Source of the DNA: Escherichia coli
Lineage (GTDB): Bacteria; Pseudomonadota; Gammaproteobacteria; Enterobacterales; Enterobacteriaceae
Strand: one strand, 5' to 3'
NCBI RefSeq assembly: GCF_037560265.1
Contig: NZ_CP148405.1
DNA length: 32,000 bases
Each line of letters begins with the position of its first letter. Positions within the stretch are counted from its first letter, which is position 1. Positions 8,093 to 17,996 of the stretch are shown piece after piece. A program made the position numbers and the translations under genes. The notes beneath the pieces are model-generated. The model made no database searches, was not told the DNA's origin, and saw only the letters and a program-made list of their open reading frames with translations.

Positions 8093-8371
8093 TTAAAATC
8101 CTCGTACCCAGCCACTACCATTCTCATGGACCAAACTGTACAATAACTGACTCGTCTCATCATCCATACAGTTCTCCAAAGCCTTTACCGCATCATTTTT
8201 TCTATTTAATCCGAATAAGATAATAAATTCTAAATGTGCGATATCTTTTTTATCAGGTATAATTTGCGGAAATACATTCAGGATAGCTTCCGCATATTTG
8301 GGAAGCTTATGATTTGCCGCGGCTACAGCTGCCCACACCAGTATCTTATTGGCAGAAACATCATTAACCAT
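8093..8371 (-). CDS. escG: T3SS needle co-chaperone EscG (Orf29)
   Basis: 92 aa, immediately downstream of escF in LEE4. The sequence MVNDVSANKILVWAAVAAANHKLPKYAEAIL is recognised as Orf29. Confidence 0.85.
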   Translation of the reverse strand: MVNDVSANKILVWAAVAAANHKLPKYAEAILNVFPQIIPDKKDIAHLEFIILFGLNRKNDAVKALENCMDDETSQLLYSLVHENGSGWVRGF

Positions 8372-8376
8372 AAAAA

Positions 8377-8598
8377 TTAAAAGCTACGGTTGGAAATGGT
8401 TGAGACCAGATCTTTTATCGTTTTCAGCATTCCACTTTCTACGTTAACATAAGCAGAATATTGCTGAACCGCAAACTGCAACTCTAACATTTTTTCAGGG
8501 TCATTAACCAAATCGGTGCTATTAAGTAACTCTGGCACAGAATCGCTCAGTGTTTTACCTACCTCACCCATTTGTTGAGTAATTTCAGATAAATTCAT
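8377..8598 (-). CDS. escF: T3SS needle subunit EscF
   Basis: 73 aa, MNLSEITQQMGEVGKTLSDS...ISNRSF. Size, helical-hairpin character and position are typical of the SctF needle protein. Confidence 0.93.
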   Translation of the reverse strand: MNLSEITQQMGEVGKTLSDSVPELLNSTDLVNDPEKMLELQFAVQQYSAYVNVESGMLKTIKDLVSTISNRSF

Positions 8599-8632
8599 TA
8601 AATCTCCTTAATAGTTAACAAAATAAAAATCC

Positions 8633-9040
8633 CTAACTATTTACATTCATTATGAACCAAATTCCGTCTTCTGTTTCTTGCTGCACGGCACCCTTTCTGA
8701 TGAAATAATTAAACAACTCTTCGCGCTTTTGACGTTCTGAATCTGAACCAATCTTAGATTTCATCGCACTGATTTTCTTAATACCCGAAAAATGGTGATA
8801 CAACTCTTCGAGCAAACGAGTCAGTGATAAAACAGGGCCGTTAAGCCCTGTTTGGTTACGTGCTTCAAAAGAGCACAAAATCAGTTCTTGTTCATCCAGT
8901 CTGTACGCTAATGAGAAAAAAGGTGTCTCAATCCGCCATCCGATAAAAAAGGCACTGCCACAAAGAAACTCCTTCTGTATTGTGTACCCTTTTTGTTCAA
9001 GATAGTGATTAAGCACTTCATCATTAAACGTATCGACCAT
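8633..9040 (-). CDS. cesD2: EspD chaperone CesD2
   Basis: The ATG at 9040 gives 135 aa (MVDTFNDEVLNHYLEQKGY...). The start at 9046 in the ORF track is a TTG abutting the espB stop. Position after espB matches the LEE4 order. Confidence 0.85.
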   Translation of the reverse strand: MVDTFNDEVLNHYLEQKGYTIQKEFLCGSAFFIGWRIETPFFSLAYRLDEQELILCSFEARNQTGLNGPVLSLTRLLEELYHHFSGIKKISAMKSKIGSDSERQKREELFNYFIRKGAVQQETEDGIWFIMNVNS

Positions 9041-9046
9041 GATCAA

Positions 9047-10009
9047 TTACCCAGCTAAGCGAGCCGATTGCCCCAGGCGATTAATAAGGTCGGTAAGGTC
9101 ACGGGCTGTCGTTGTCATATCACGCAGACGGCTAGAGATATCATCCTGCGTTCTGCGAACATCCTGTTTGTAGTTCTCTAAATTCGACGCCTGGAGATTT
9201 TCTACAGATTTAGCACGCTGCTCACTGATATCATGATTGGACTTGACAGATTCAGATATCGTTGTTGGCAATGTTTTCGTACCTTCAGCAAGGCTGGTAA
9301 CAACAATAAATGACGTAGAACCGGAAATCCTTCCAGCAGCAGCAGTAAAGCGACTTAATAATCCTGCCTTCTCTGCTAATTCTTGAGCAGCACCAGCAGC
9401 CTCTTCAGCTACTTGAGAAGCTTTCTGAGCAGAAGCAGCCACATCATCAGTGACACCAGATGTACGACTGGCCGCTTTTGCAGCTGCCGCGATAGTTTGC
9501 TGCACTGAGGCTGCATCATCTGCTGCATCTGCAATACTTTCGGAAGCCTTCGCCAGTGCTTTAGTTGAAGCTTCAGAGGCTGTACTGATAGACTTCGCAG
9601 AAGTAGAAGCGGCTTGCTGAACGGCATCACTCGCTCCTTTCGTTGCGCTATTAATGGCAGCAAAAGAGCCTAAAATCCCCAGGACAGATGAGATAGCACC
9701 ACCAATCAGAGCAGCTGTCGCACCGGCTTTTTTCTCACTAATAGCTTTATTTTGGCTCTCAAAAACGGCTAGTTGGATGTCATAGCTTTGCGCCAATTGC
9801 TTCTGAAGATAATCTTGCAATGTGGTGACCATCTCACGCAACAGTTTTTGAATCTCCAGCAGAAGCCTAGAAATATCCACTCTGCCATCAGTAAGTAAAG
9901 ATGAACTGATTGACGAGGTTGATGTCGTTGTTGAACTGGCGCTGCCAGTCGTGCTGCTCAAAACAGAATTAACTGCGATTGCCGCATTGTTATTATCGAT
10001 AGTATTCAT
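9047..10009 (-). CDS. espB: T3SS translocator/effector EspB
   Basis: 320 aa with MNTIDNNNAAIAVNSVLSST at the N-terminus, an Ala/Ser-rich central region with one hydrophobic segment, and the position after espD. Confidence 0.93.
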   Translation of the reverse strand: MNTIDNNNAAIAVNSVLSSTTGSASSTTTSTSSISSSLLTDGRVDISRLLLEIQKLLREMVTTLQDYLQKQLAQSYDIQLAVFESQNKAISEKKAGATAALIGGAISSVLGILGSFAAINSATKGASDAVQQAASTSAKSISTASEASTKALAKASESIADAADDAASVQQTIAAAAKAASRTSGVTDDVAASAQKASQVAEEAAGAAQELAEKAGLLSRFTAAAGRISGSTSFIVVTSLAEGTKTLPTTISESVKSNHDISEQRAKSVENLQASNLENYKQDVRRTQDDISSRLRDMTTTARDLTDLINRLGQSARLAG

Positions 10010-10029
10010 TATAAACGCCTCTTTAACAA

Positions 10030-11172
10030 TTAAACTCGACCGCTGACAATACGGCTATTCACTCGCGCAGAATCAGAAATTAGCTTAGAAGCACTCTGTA
10101 TATAATTCGCCTGGTTTTGCACCTCGAGTGCGGCTTTATCCAGCTCTGCCTTCGCACTCTGACTTAAGCTTTCACTTTGTCGAGTTAAATTTTCCACAAC
10201 AAAAGAAGAAATCTGTGATAACAGATTATGATTCGCTGCGTCATTATTCAGCACAGTTGTACCAATAGAGCGCGAAGAAGTGGTTAAACCATTTGCCACA
10301 GCCGAAATTTTCGATGCAACGTTTTCGACAAGAGTGTCGGCCAACGTAGTGACCGCTTTTACGATGTTTGAACCCACTTTGCCAGCCACATCGCCAACTT
10401 TAGACATAAGTGAAGACACCCCGCCAATGCCGGCTGTCAGAATACCTGCGGCAAGAGATAGACCGCCAAAAGCTTGCGCTGCTGTTTTTAACGCCTGCGG
10501 AGCCTTATCGCCCATAACATCAACCGCAGTTTGCAGCGCCATTGCTGTTGCACTAACAGCAACAACAGCCCAGAGAGCTGGGTTAAAAATAGCTGCAACA
10601 GCAGTTACCGCAACCCCTAACCAACCAAAGACCTGACCAACAATTTTACTTTTTTGTGCTTTCTCTTCGGCTTTCTGTTGTTCTTCAAGCTGTTTTTTAA
10701 ATTCCAGAGTTTTATTTTCCAGCGCTTGATTTTGTCCATCCTTGTAGATCTCGTTGGAGTTCTTCATACTCGCAACTTTCTGCGCTGAGGCATCCAGGGA
10801 TAACAGAGTGGCCATCATCATCATTGTCTGAGGGTCAACCTTATTCACCTGAGAAAGATAAGGATAGCCAGAGGTTGTACTTTGTGTACTACTCTGTGGT
10901 TCTGTCCCACTAGTGCGGCTCATAACATCACCACTAATGCCGCCAAAAAGTTTGCTCAAAACATCTTCAGCAACAGAGGGCGTCACTAATGAGTGGCCTG
11001 CCGGCGGCGTTGGTAAAGCGGTACTTTCTGTCCAACTTGCTGATGGGGCAGCGGATTTAACCAGCTGTAAATCCAGCGCGGAAGACCCTCCAGGTTGATT
11101 AATACCTGAAGTAGTCGTAGCGGCACTGACCCCAGACATCACAGACTGGATATCGCTATTTACATTAAGCAT
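10030..11172 (-). CDS. espD: T3SS pore-forming translocator EspD
   Basis: 380 aa with two central transmembrane segments (VFGWLGVAVTAVAAIFNPALWAVVAVSATAMAL and GGLSLAAGILTAGIGGV) and a coiled-coil C-terminus. It lies between espA and espB. Confidence 0.93.
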   Translation of the reverse strand: MLNVNSDIQSVMSGVSAATTTSGINQPGGSSALDLQLVKSAAPSASWTESTALPTPPAGHSLVTPSVAEDVLSKLFGGISGDVMSRTSGTEPQSSTQSTTSGYPYLSQVNKVDPQTMMMMATLLSLDASAQKVASMKNSNEIYKDGQNQALENKTLEFKKQLEEQQKAEEKAQKSKIVGQVFGWLGVAVTAVAAIFNPALWAVVAVSATAMALQTAVDVMGDKAPQALKTAAQAFGGLSLAAGILTAGIGGVSSLMSKVGDVAGKVGSNIVKAVTTLADTLVENVASKISAVANGLTTSSRSIGTTVLNNDAANHNLLSQISSFVVENLTRQSESLSQSAKAELDKAALEVQNQANYIQSASKLISDSARVNSRIVSGRV

Positions 11173-11184
11173 AGTTATCTCCGG

Positions 11185-11763
11185 TTATTTACCAAGGGAT
11201 ATTGATGATATAGTTCTGAATTGCAGTGACTGCATATCAGAACGTGCACTCGTTAATAGGTTTAACGTATTTGACATTTGCTGTATTTCAAGCTGGCTAT
11301 TATTCACCGTCGTTGTCAAATTATTCGCTTGAGCTGAAATAGCTGCTTTCACCGTTTGCAAATCACCAGCGCCTAATGCAGCATTTAGATCGGTAATACC
11401 ACTTATTGTAACGTCATTGCGAGGATCATTTATATAGTCAAGCACTTCTTTAGGAAGTTGAGCCTTCGCATTCTTGTCGGAGCTACTCTGAACCTCAGCA
11501 ATTTTAGCATCCACAAGATTCGCCATTTTTTGGGCAGTGGTTGACGCCTTAGATGCCTCATTCATATCAGCAAACTTTGCAATCGACAGATCGCTTTGTG
11601 CCTGATACATATAGGAAAACATGAGAAGCGCAGCCTGAAAAACACCGAGTTTATTGAATAGTTCAACAACCTGATCTTTCGACATGCTCCCTAAATCATA
11701 GGTCAGCGATGTCGAAGTACTCGCATTCGTACTAGCAACTGATGCTGTATTTAATGTATCCAT
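11185..11763 (-). CDS. espA: T3SS filament protein EspA
   Basis: 192 aa, MDTLNTASVASTNASTSTS ... with a C-terminal coiled-coil ending ISSISLGK. LEE4 position after sepL. Confidence 0.94.
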   Translation of the reverse strand: MDTLNTASVASTNASTSTSLTYDLGSMSKDQVVELFNKLGVFQAALLMFSYMYQAQSDLSIAKFADMNEASKASTTAQKMANLVDAKIAEVQSSSDKNAKAQLPKEVLDYINDPRNDVTISGITDLNAALGAGDLQTVKAAISAQANNLTTTVNNSQLEIQQMSNTLNLLTSARSDMQSLQFRTISSISLGK

Positions 11764-11821
11764 GTATATACCTCTTAATAATCTTTTTTAGCATAACAAA
11801 AACTATTAAAAAACAATTAAA

Positions 11822-12877
11822 TCACATAACATCCTCCTTATAATCAATTACTTTGCCAATCATTAATAATGTATTATCCCTCTGCTCGTTATCAATAAAA
11901 CAAGCATCGGGTAATGATGCAAAAAAGTCTTTCAATAAATGGAAATAATAAACATGTTTATCTTCGACTATCGATACCCGAGAAGGGCTTTCCAGTAGCC
12001 AGTCTTCTGTTAGCCATACATGTTCAATAATAGATAACACTTCATTTAAAATGACATCTTTATCTTTCTTAATGGAGATTGCAATAATATCTGTATAGTT
12101 ATCAAGCGATAAAAAAACGATTATCCGGCATAAATCGCTAATAATTGAAGATGTTTTTACCTTGTCTTCAAAAGAAGACATATAAGAAAGATCGAACGAT
12201 AGCGCCCTAATAATAACCTTTAAGTGCTTCTCACGCTCTGGAAGATCCTTGACCTCCATAAACCAGTCAAGTAAAGAGGCTCCGTTTTCAGAGTCCTCGT
12301 CCTTAGCCTTTTCATAAAGCTTCTTGATCTTCTGGATACCTTCCTGATTTAACTCACCCACCCCTAACCAGGAAAGCAGAGCCAACTCCCAATCATCTTC
12401 GCCTAATAATTCTAATAATAATTTGGCATATTTCTTTTTTAATTCAATCTTAACAAACTTTGATTGCAATAGAGAAGATATGAGCGCGACAATTTCCCCT
12501 TTTGGCATATTACCAAACATAGCCAAGTTAGGATCATGCTGTTCCAGCAGCCCACTGTTCTTTAATGATAGTTCTTTTAGTTTATCGCTATCGGTCAGAG
12601 TAAGCAGCTCTTGCATATCATTGAGCAGCTTCTCCGTTGTCGTACCTTCCTCTTCTTTCCTGGCGCTACCTTTGCGATACCCTAGGCTTAGCCCTTCAAT
12701 CGTTTCAGAAAGCGACGAACTGGTAATCATCGCTAATTCATTTTGTAAATTTAATAATGGAGAATTGCTATTAGAAGAGCTTTTTTGCGTTAATTGTTGA
12801 GATTCCAATTCAAAATCTAATGAATTAGAATTGAAAATAGATGCGGTGTTTTGATTAAATTCAATACCATTAGCCAT
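11822..12877 (-). CDS. sepL: T3SS gatekeeper SepL (SctW family)
   Basis: 351 aa, MANGIEFNQNTASIFNSNSLDFELES.... It is the first gene of LEE4 and is divergent from escD. Confidence 0.92.
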   Translation of the reverse strand: MANGIEFNQNTASIFNSNSLDFELESQQLTQKSSSNSNSPLLNLQNELAMITSSSLSETIEGLSLGYRKGSARKEEEGTTTEKLLNDMQELLTLTDSDKLKELSLKNSGLLEQHDPNLAMFGNMPKGEIVALISSLLQSKFVKIELKKKYAKLLLELLGEDDWELALLSWLGVGELNQEGIQKIKKLYEKAKDEDSENGASLLDWFMEVKDLPEREKHLKVIIRALSFDLSYMSSFEDKVKTSSIISDLCRIIVFLSLDNYTDIIAISIKKDKDVILNEVLSIIEHVWLTEDWLLESPSRVSIVEDKHVYYFHLLKDFFASLPDACFIDNEQRDNTLLMIGKVIDYKEDVM

Positions 12878-13019
12878 TGGAAACTCACGTAAACATTAAT
12901 TATGAATATTCCATTAAATAGTACTGTACAACAGCTTCCTTTCTACTCTATTCTTAGTCAGTGTAAGTTCACCATATTTTTTCTCATTGTTCAACCACCA
13001 GGACGAATAAAATTTAAAA
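12878..13019. promoter_or_regulatory. Divergent sepL (LEE4) / escD control region
   Basis: 142-bp AT-rich spacer between divergently oriented first codons. The LEE4 promoter is known to lie upstream of sepL. I could not assign individual hexamers confidently. Confidence 0.55.
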
Positions 13020-14240
13020 ATGTTATCCTCATATAAAATAAAACTTCTCAATGGTGCAATGCGTAATCGGGAATTACAACTTCCGATGGGAAACCTAACG
13101 ATAGGCACAGAAGATAACGATATTGTTTACTTTCCCCTTGAACAAGGCCTCAATCAGTTTTTACTTGATATACGTGAGGAAGGTGTTTTCCTTTTATCTC
13201 CAATTGAATTTTGGATTGATGGACAGCCCACTCCCTATGAAGCAGATCAACCATTACCTATCGGAAAGGTCATCGATATAGCGGGGTGTGGCTTCATCAT
13301 TGGTGATATTGACCACGCCCTGCCATTGTCTGATATGCCAGAAAGGTTCTCTGCCAGGAATCAACGCAAAAAGCGTCTTATCCTGGCAGGCGTGATTGGT
13401 GCCGCTATTGCGTTGTCTGGAGCCATCGGCAGTTACGTTTTGCTTTCCCCAAAAGCTGAACTCCCAACGTTTACCAGAGCTGATGTATATCAGCAGCTAA
13501 AAGAAAACAAACTTTATGCAATCACCCTGGTATGGCATGGGAAAAATATCGCGCTTTATGGGCGTTGCGAATCAACCACGGATTTAACTCCATTTTTTAA
13601 TTACCTGAAAGAAAATAATATTTTTTATTACAATAATATCATTTGCAATAACCAAATCATATCCGCAATTAATGATATTTTAACGGAATACGGTTATAAA
13701 GATATCATCATTACAAAAGGTAATAAGCCTGGATTCTTTCTGTTATCGGGATACATTCCCCCTTCACCCAAATGGAGCGAAGTTGAAAATCTGTTACTGA
13801 ATACGCCGGGAGTTGCTGGATGGGAAATACACAACAACAGTAACAATAAAATCAATGAATTGGCATCTGAGTTTAAGAAGAATAAATTAATAAACTATGT
13901 CAATATTTTCAAAAAGAATGATGTCATCATTGTTGCGGGGGAAGTTTCTCAACAGAACGAGAGTAAGATCCTTGCCATTATAAATGCAATGAACAAAAAT
14001 AGTAACGTCAAGATACTATTTCAGAATATTCAACCGTACATTTCAGCAGATATCTTTCCTGGAAAAATACTCAGAATCAGCGGCACGATGACGAATCCAA
14101 CAATTGCTCTTGATAACGGTACAAGCCTGGGAATTGGTAGCATTCTGAAAGGAGGCTATGTCATAGACGCGATTGATCCTAAAGATGGTATCAACATCTC
14201 CCGCCCAGACGAATATATACATATTCCGCTATCGTATTAA
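13020..14240 (+). CDS. escD: T3SS inner-membrane ring protein EscD (SctD)
   Basis: 406 aa with an N-terminal FHA-like cytoplasmic domain, one transmembrane segment (LILAGVIGAAIALSGAIGSYVLL) and a periplasmic C-terminal region. It is monocistronic on the opposite strand to LEE4 and LEE5, as in the LEE. Confidence 0.92.
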   Translation: MLSSYKIKLLNGAMRNRELQLPMGNLTIGTEDNDIVYFPLEQGLNQFLLDIREEGVFLLSPIEFWIDGQPTPYEADQPLPIGKVIDIAGCGFIIGDIDHALPLSDMPERFSARNQRKKRLILAGVIGAAIALSGAIGSYVLLSPKAELPTFTRADVYQQLKENKLYAITLVWHGKNIALYGRCESTTDLTPFFNYLKENNIFYYNNIICNNQIISAINDILTEYGYKDIIITKGNKPGFFLLSGYIPPSPKWSEVENLLLNTPGVAGWEIHNNSNNKINELASEFKKNKLINYVNIFKKNDVIIVAGEVSQQNESKILAIINAMNKNSNVKILFQNIQPYISADIFPGKILRISGTMTNPTIALDNGTSLGIGSILKGGYVIDAIDPKDGINISRPDEYIHIPLSY

Positions 14241-14256
14241 CGTCTTGTCATCTTCC

Positions 14257-14276
14257 CCCTCTTCGGAGGGTTTTTT
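14257..14276 (+). terminator. Rho-independent terminator of escD
   Basis: CCCTC-TTCG-GAGGG stem-loop followed by TTTTTT, 17 nt after the escD stop. Confidence 0.75.
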
Positions 14277-14483
14277 ATTTATTGTATGGATGTTGTGAGC
14301 ATAGTTGTTGCTTGATGTGATTCAGCTTTGGTATTAGCGAGGTTGGCTCGTTGAAAGTAGTCGAGTCGCTACATGAGGAAACGTGAATATGTTTCTTTGA
14401 GATTAACTTATTAACCAACAGGAGATGTTGATTCTAGGACGTTACTTATTAAGAAGAAGATAATAAAGAAACAACAATAATTC

Positions 14484-14515
14484 CCCAGCTAAAATAATAT
14501 ATTTTTAGCCGGGGA
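14484..14515 (-). terminator. Candidate terminator hairpin of eae/LEE5
   Basis: On the minus strand CCCCGGCTAAAA ... TTTTAGCTGGGG forms a 12-bp stem with one wobble or mismatch, 13 nt after the eae stop. The trailing U-tract is weak (AAUUAUUGUUGUUU). Confidence 0.55.
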
Positions 14516-14527
14516 AAGGATTTTAAA

Positions 14528-17335
14528 TTATTCTACACAAACTGCATAGACATTTGGAGCGTTTAGCGTAACATCCTTATGAGGGTTTTGTGTTATTAAG
14601 TCATAAGTAGTTGATACTCCTGATATTTTATCAGCTTCAGTTTGTGTAATCCAAGCTGTTATTGACTGCATAGAACGATAATGGTCATATCCGTTTGCAG
14701 GCCCCCATGAATTATAAACGTTTGATAATACCGTCTGTGAGGATGGTAATAAATTTCCACAAAAGGACATAGCATTTGCATAACTGGCTTTATTACCCAC
14801 TCTTATCATATAATTCGGAGCTTTAATAGTGTAGCTTACTGTTTGCTTATCACCAGATGTAACATTAATTACTGCAGTACCTTTTCCTTTCAAGGTTACT
14901 TTCCCTGATTCATCAACAGTCGCAATATTGGTATTCTCTGAATGCCATGAATATGTACCATTACCACCGCTTACCTTCAGTTTAAACTGACCATATTGCA
15001 ACCAGATATTAGGTAAGTCACCAGTAACGTTCTTACCAAGAATATCAACCTTGTTGTCAATTTTCAGTCCATCAAAAAATGTAACCTCAGGTGCTTTAAC
15101 ATCATTCCCACCACTAACAGTCGCACTAACAGTCGCTTTACCTGCGGAACTGGAAGTCAGTGTTATCGTCGCACGACCATCACTTCCCGTGGTCGCATTT
15201 TGCGTCTGAGACTTACCGTTGAACATCCCAAAGTTTGTTGTGAATGCAACGGAGTGTCCCTGCACTGGCTGACCCTCTTTCATCACTTTAACAGTGTATG
15301 TAACAGCATCATTACCATTTGCTACTGCAGTTGTCTTATCAGCCTTAATCTCAGTAATACTGGCCTTGGTTTGCTCAACAAATATAACCGCACTGGCATT
15401 AAGTGCTGAAGTCATCTCCGCGGTTTTAGCAGACACGACTACCTGCCCTGGCGTACTCGACTTCAACGTTACAGTTGCCTTACCGTTAGCATCCGTTGTG
15501 GCACTATTTGCCCCAAGAGTTGCAGTTCCTGAAACAATATTAAATGAAACAGGGACATTAGCCTGAGTTACCCCATTCTTTTTCACCGTCGCGGTATAAG
15601 TAATCGCCTCGGTGCCATCCGCTTTAGCCGAAGTCTTATCAGCCGTAAAGTCCGTTACCCCAACCTGGTCGACCACCTGACCATTCGACAGAACGGTAAT
15701 AGTGAGCTGTACATTGTTAGAGCTATTGCCATTACGGTCATAGGCACGAGCCGTCACTTTATAAATATTGCTACCGCCTTGCACATAAGCCGGCAAAATA
15801 GCCTGGTAATCTTGTGCGCTTTGGCTTCCGCTATGCTGAATCTGACCGCCCTGGCTACGTAATGCACTATCATCCCAGACGATACGATCCAGACCGTATT
15901 TGCTCTTAACGATCAATTGAATCTTCTGCGTACTGTGTTCAGTACCATTAATATCATGCGGAATATTCAGAGAAAGAATATCCTGCTTCTTGTACTCCAG
16001 AATAATATTGTTATTACGCTGAACCAGATCGTAACGGCTGCCTGATAATGTTCTTAACTCGTTAACATACTGTGGCTCAATTTGCTGAGACCACGGTTTA
16101 TCAAACTGATAACGAAGCTGCATTGAGTAAAGAAGATCATTTTCATTACCCGTACCATGACGGTAATCGATCCCCATCGTCACCAGAGGAATCGGAGTAT
16201 AGTTTACACCAACGGTCGCCGCACCAGGATTCGACTGCAGCTTATCGGAATTAAACAAAGCAACATTATCACCATAATACTGCTCATACATCAGCTTGGC
16301 GCCTAATGCCGGGTATGATGGTAGATAGCCATTAAAGCGGATATCGAAGCCATTTGCTGGGCGCTCATCATAGTCTTTCTTATTGTATGACTCATGCCAG
16401 CCGCTCATGCGGAAATAGCCGTTAACGCTACTTTTGAAATAGTCTCGCCAGTATTCGCCACCAATACCTAAACGGGTATTATCACCAGAAAAATCCTGAT
16501 CAATGAAGACGTTATAGCCCAACATGTTTTCAGGAAGGAAAAAACGCTGACCCGCACCTAAATTTGCCGTAAAGCGGGAGTCAATGTAACGCGCTCCGAC
16601 CTGACCAAATGCCAGCATTTTTTCGGAATCATAGAACGGTAATAAGAAATCCAGTGAACTACCGTCAAAGTTATTACCACTCTGCAGATTAACCTCTGCC
16701 GTTCCATAATGTTGTAACCAGGCCTGCAACTGTGACGAAGCCTGGTTACCCGCGATACCAAGAGCGGTATCTTTCGCGTAATCGCCGTGCAGAGAGCGCG
16801 ACTGAAGCTGGCTACCAAGGCTCGCGGCCTGTTGTGCCGTATAATTTAGAGCCTTGTCATCAGTCATGTTGCTTTGAGTCGCGTCCGGGGACATTTTAGT
16901 CATTTTATTTGTATGCCCAGCGACACCACCTGCAGCAACAACAGGTGCCGAACCTAAGACAGGTAAGGCACCATATTCAACAGACAGTTTTTTGAGTGGC
17001 AAAATGATCTGCTGGCCAGGCGCAGCCTTCAGCATTTCGCTTTCGGAACTGTATAAATGTTTATTCAGTGACCAAATTACGGATAAACTGATACCTTGTG
17101 ATTTAGAAATACTGGAAACAGTTTCACCTGTTTTCAACGTATAAAAAAGGCGATCCTGAGCAACATTTTGAGTTAACAGTTTTGAATCTGAACTCAATTT
17201 AAAATAATTTTCACCGTTTGCAAATGAGTTCTGGTTAACATAAAAAAACAATCCTAAACCAGCGCTAAGCATAATAAATGTTTTTTTTAGCTTATGCTTG
17301 TGCCGGGTCCGGGCATAAAAACCATGAGTAATCAT
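14528..17335 (-). CDS. eae: Intimin (outer-membrane adhesin); subtype not assigned
   Basis: The canonical N-terminus MITHGFYARTRHKHKLKKTFIMLSAGLGLFF starts at the ATG at 17335; the ORF track starts 5 codons earlier at a GTG. A LysM region, beta-barrel, Big repeats and a C-terminal lectin-like domain with a Cys pair (FCGNLLP ... YAVCVE) are recognisable. Confidence 0.95.
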   Translation of the reverse strand: MITHGFYARTRHKHKLKKTFIMLSAGLGLFFYVNQNSFANGENYFKLSSDSKLLTQNVAQDRLFYTLKTGETVSSISKSQGISLSVIWSLNKHLYSSESEMLKAAPGQQIILPLKKLSVEYGALPVLGSAPVVAAGGVAGHTNKMTKMSPDATQSNMTDDKALNYTAQQAASLGSQLQSRSLHGDYAKDTALGIAGNQASSQLQAWLQHYGTAEVNLQSGNNFDGSSLDFLLPFYDSEKMLAFGQVGARYIDSRFTANLGAGQRFFLPENMLGYNVFIDQDFSGDNTRLGIGGEYWRDYFKSSVNGYFRMSGWHESYNKKDYDERPANGFDIRFNGYLPSYPALGAKLMYEQYYGDNVALFNSDKLQSNPGAATVGVNYTPIPLVTMGIDYRHGTGNENDLLYSMQLRYQFDKPWSQQIEPQYVNELRTLSGSRYDLVQRNNNIILEYKKQDILSLNIPHDINGTEHSTQKIQLIVKSKYGLDRIVWDDSALRSQGGQIQHSGSQSAQDYQAILPAYVQGGSNIYKVTARAYDRNGNSSNNVQLTITVLSNGQVVDQVGVTDFTADKTSAKADGTEAITYTATVKKNGVTQANVPVSFNIVSGTATLGANSATTDANGKATVTLKSSTPGQVVVSAKTAEMTSALNASAVIFVEQTKASITEIKADKTTAVANGNDAVTYTVKVMKEGQPVQGHSVAFTTNFGMFNGKSQTQNATTGSDGRATITLTSSSAGKATVSATVSGGNDVKAPEVTFFDGLKIDNKVDILGKNVTGDLPNIWLQYGQFKLKVSGGNGTYSWHSENTNIATVDESGKVTLKGKGTAVINVTSGDKQTVSYTIKAPNYMIRVGNKASYANAMSFCGNLLPSSQTVLSNVYNSWGPANGYDHYRSMQSITAWITQTEADKISGVSTTYDLITQNPHKDVTLNAPNVYAVCVE

Positions 17336-17392
17336 GTTTGGGGTCCCCACAATGAGTTAGAATGAGTAGTAAATTAGATTAATAAATAGATT

Positions 17393-17863
17393 TTATCTTC
17401 CGGCATAATAATGTTTATTATCGCTTGAGCTAATTTCCTCTATCTTCATATGTTCGTTTTCTAATGTTATTCCCTGATTATGTAATACCAAATACAGGTT
17501 TTCCATTGACTTAACAACGACTTCTATTTCATTCTCAAGTTTTTCAGGGGTAGCATCATCGAGCGGGAAACGTAACGCTAACAACAACGATTGTGCTCCT
17601 GACTCGTAACACAGGTATGGCCCACCATTCTCTGCAAACCATAAGTTTGCATTCAAAATCTCAAGAGCGAAGTTAGGGTTATCTGTCGGGAATTTCCCAC
17701 AGACGCCATAAATCATCATATATTCGTCACTGGCATCAGATAACGAAATATAATAAATTTCATCAATAGCAAAAGAACATAATCTGTTTTCATTAAAGGA
17801 AATAGATCCAACACCAATTTTTTCTGCAAACCTATCTAATAAAAGTTCAGATCTTGATGACAT
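17393..17863 (-). CDS. cesT: Tir/multi-effector chaperone CesT
   Basis: 156 aa, [41 protein letters not shown].... It lies between tir and eae. Confidence 0.94.
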   Translation of the reverse strand: MSSRSELLLDRFAEKIGVGSISFNENRLCSFAIDEIYYISLSDASDEYMMIYGVCGKFPTDNPNFALEILNANLWFAENGGPYLCYESGAQSLLLALRFPLDDATPEKLENEIEVVVKSMENLYLVLHNQGITLENEHMKIEEISSSDNKHYYAGR

Positions 17864-17957
17864 TATAATTTCTCTTAATTGAATTTATAATTACAGAAGT
17901 TCAAGAGTTACCCATGCTGCAACGTTGTTCTCTGAAACATTAACGTTAGTAAAACGT

Positions 17958-17968
17958 CCCCCCCCCCC
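17958..17968. repeat. C11 homopolymer (G11 on the LEE5 coding strand) in the tir-cesT spacer
   Basis: Direct count gives CCC at 17958-17960 plus CCCCCCCC at 17961-17968. The tract starts 28 nt downstream of the tir stop and ends 94 nt upstream of the cesT ATG. Confidence 0.9.
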
Positions 17969-17996
17969 AACCTTAACTAAATACTCACAGATATAT

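Noticed and set aside
10280-10636. 118-aa plus-strand ORF, with similar ones at 10913-11098, 9409-9663 and 12423-12800
   Set aside because: They lie entirely antisense or out of frame inside espD, espB and sepL. They have low-complexity Ala/Thr/Ser/Pro-rich translations typical of shadow ORFs and no SD sequence.
12914-13108. 64-aa minus-strand ORF in the sepL/escD divergent region
   Set aside because: It overlaps the escD start and the regulatory spacer, has no SD, and is not a known LEE gene.
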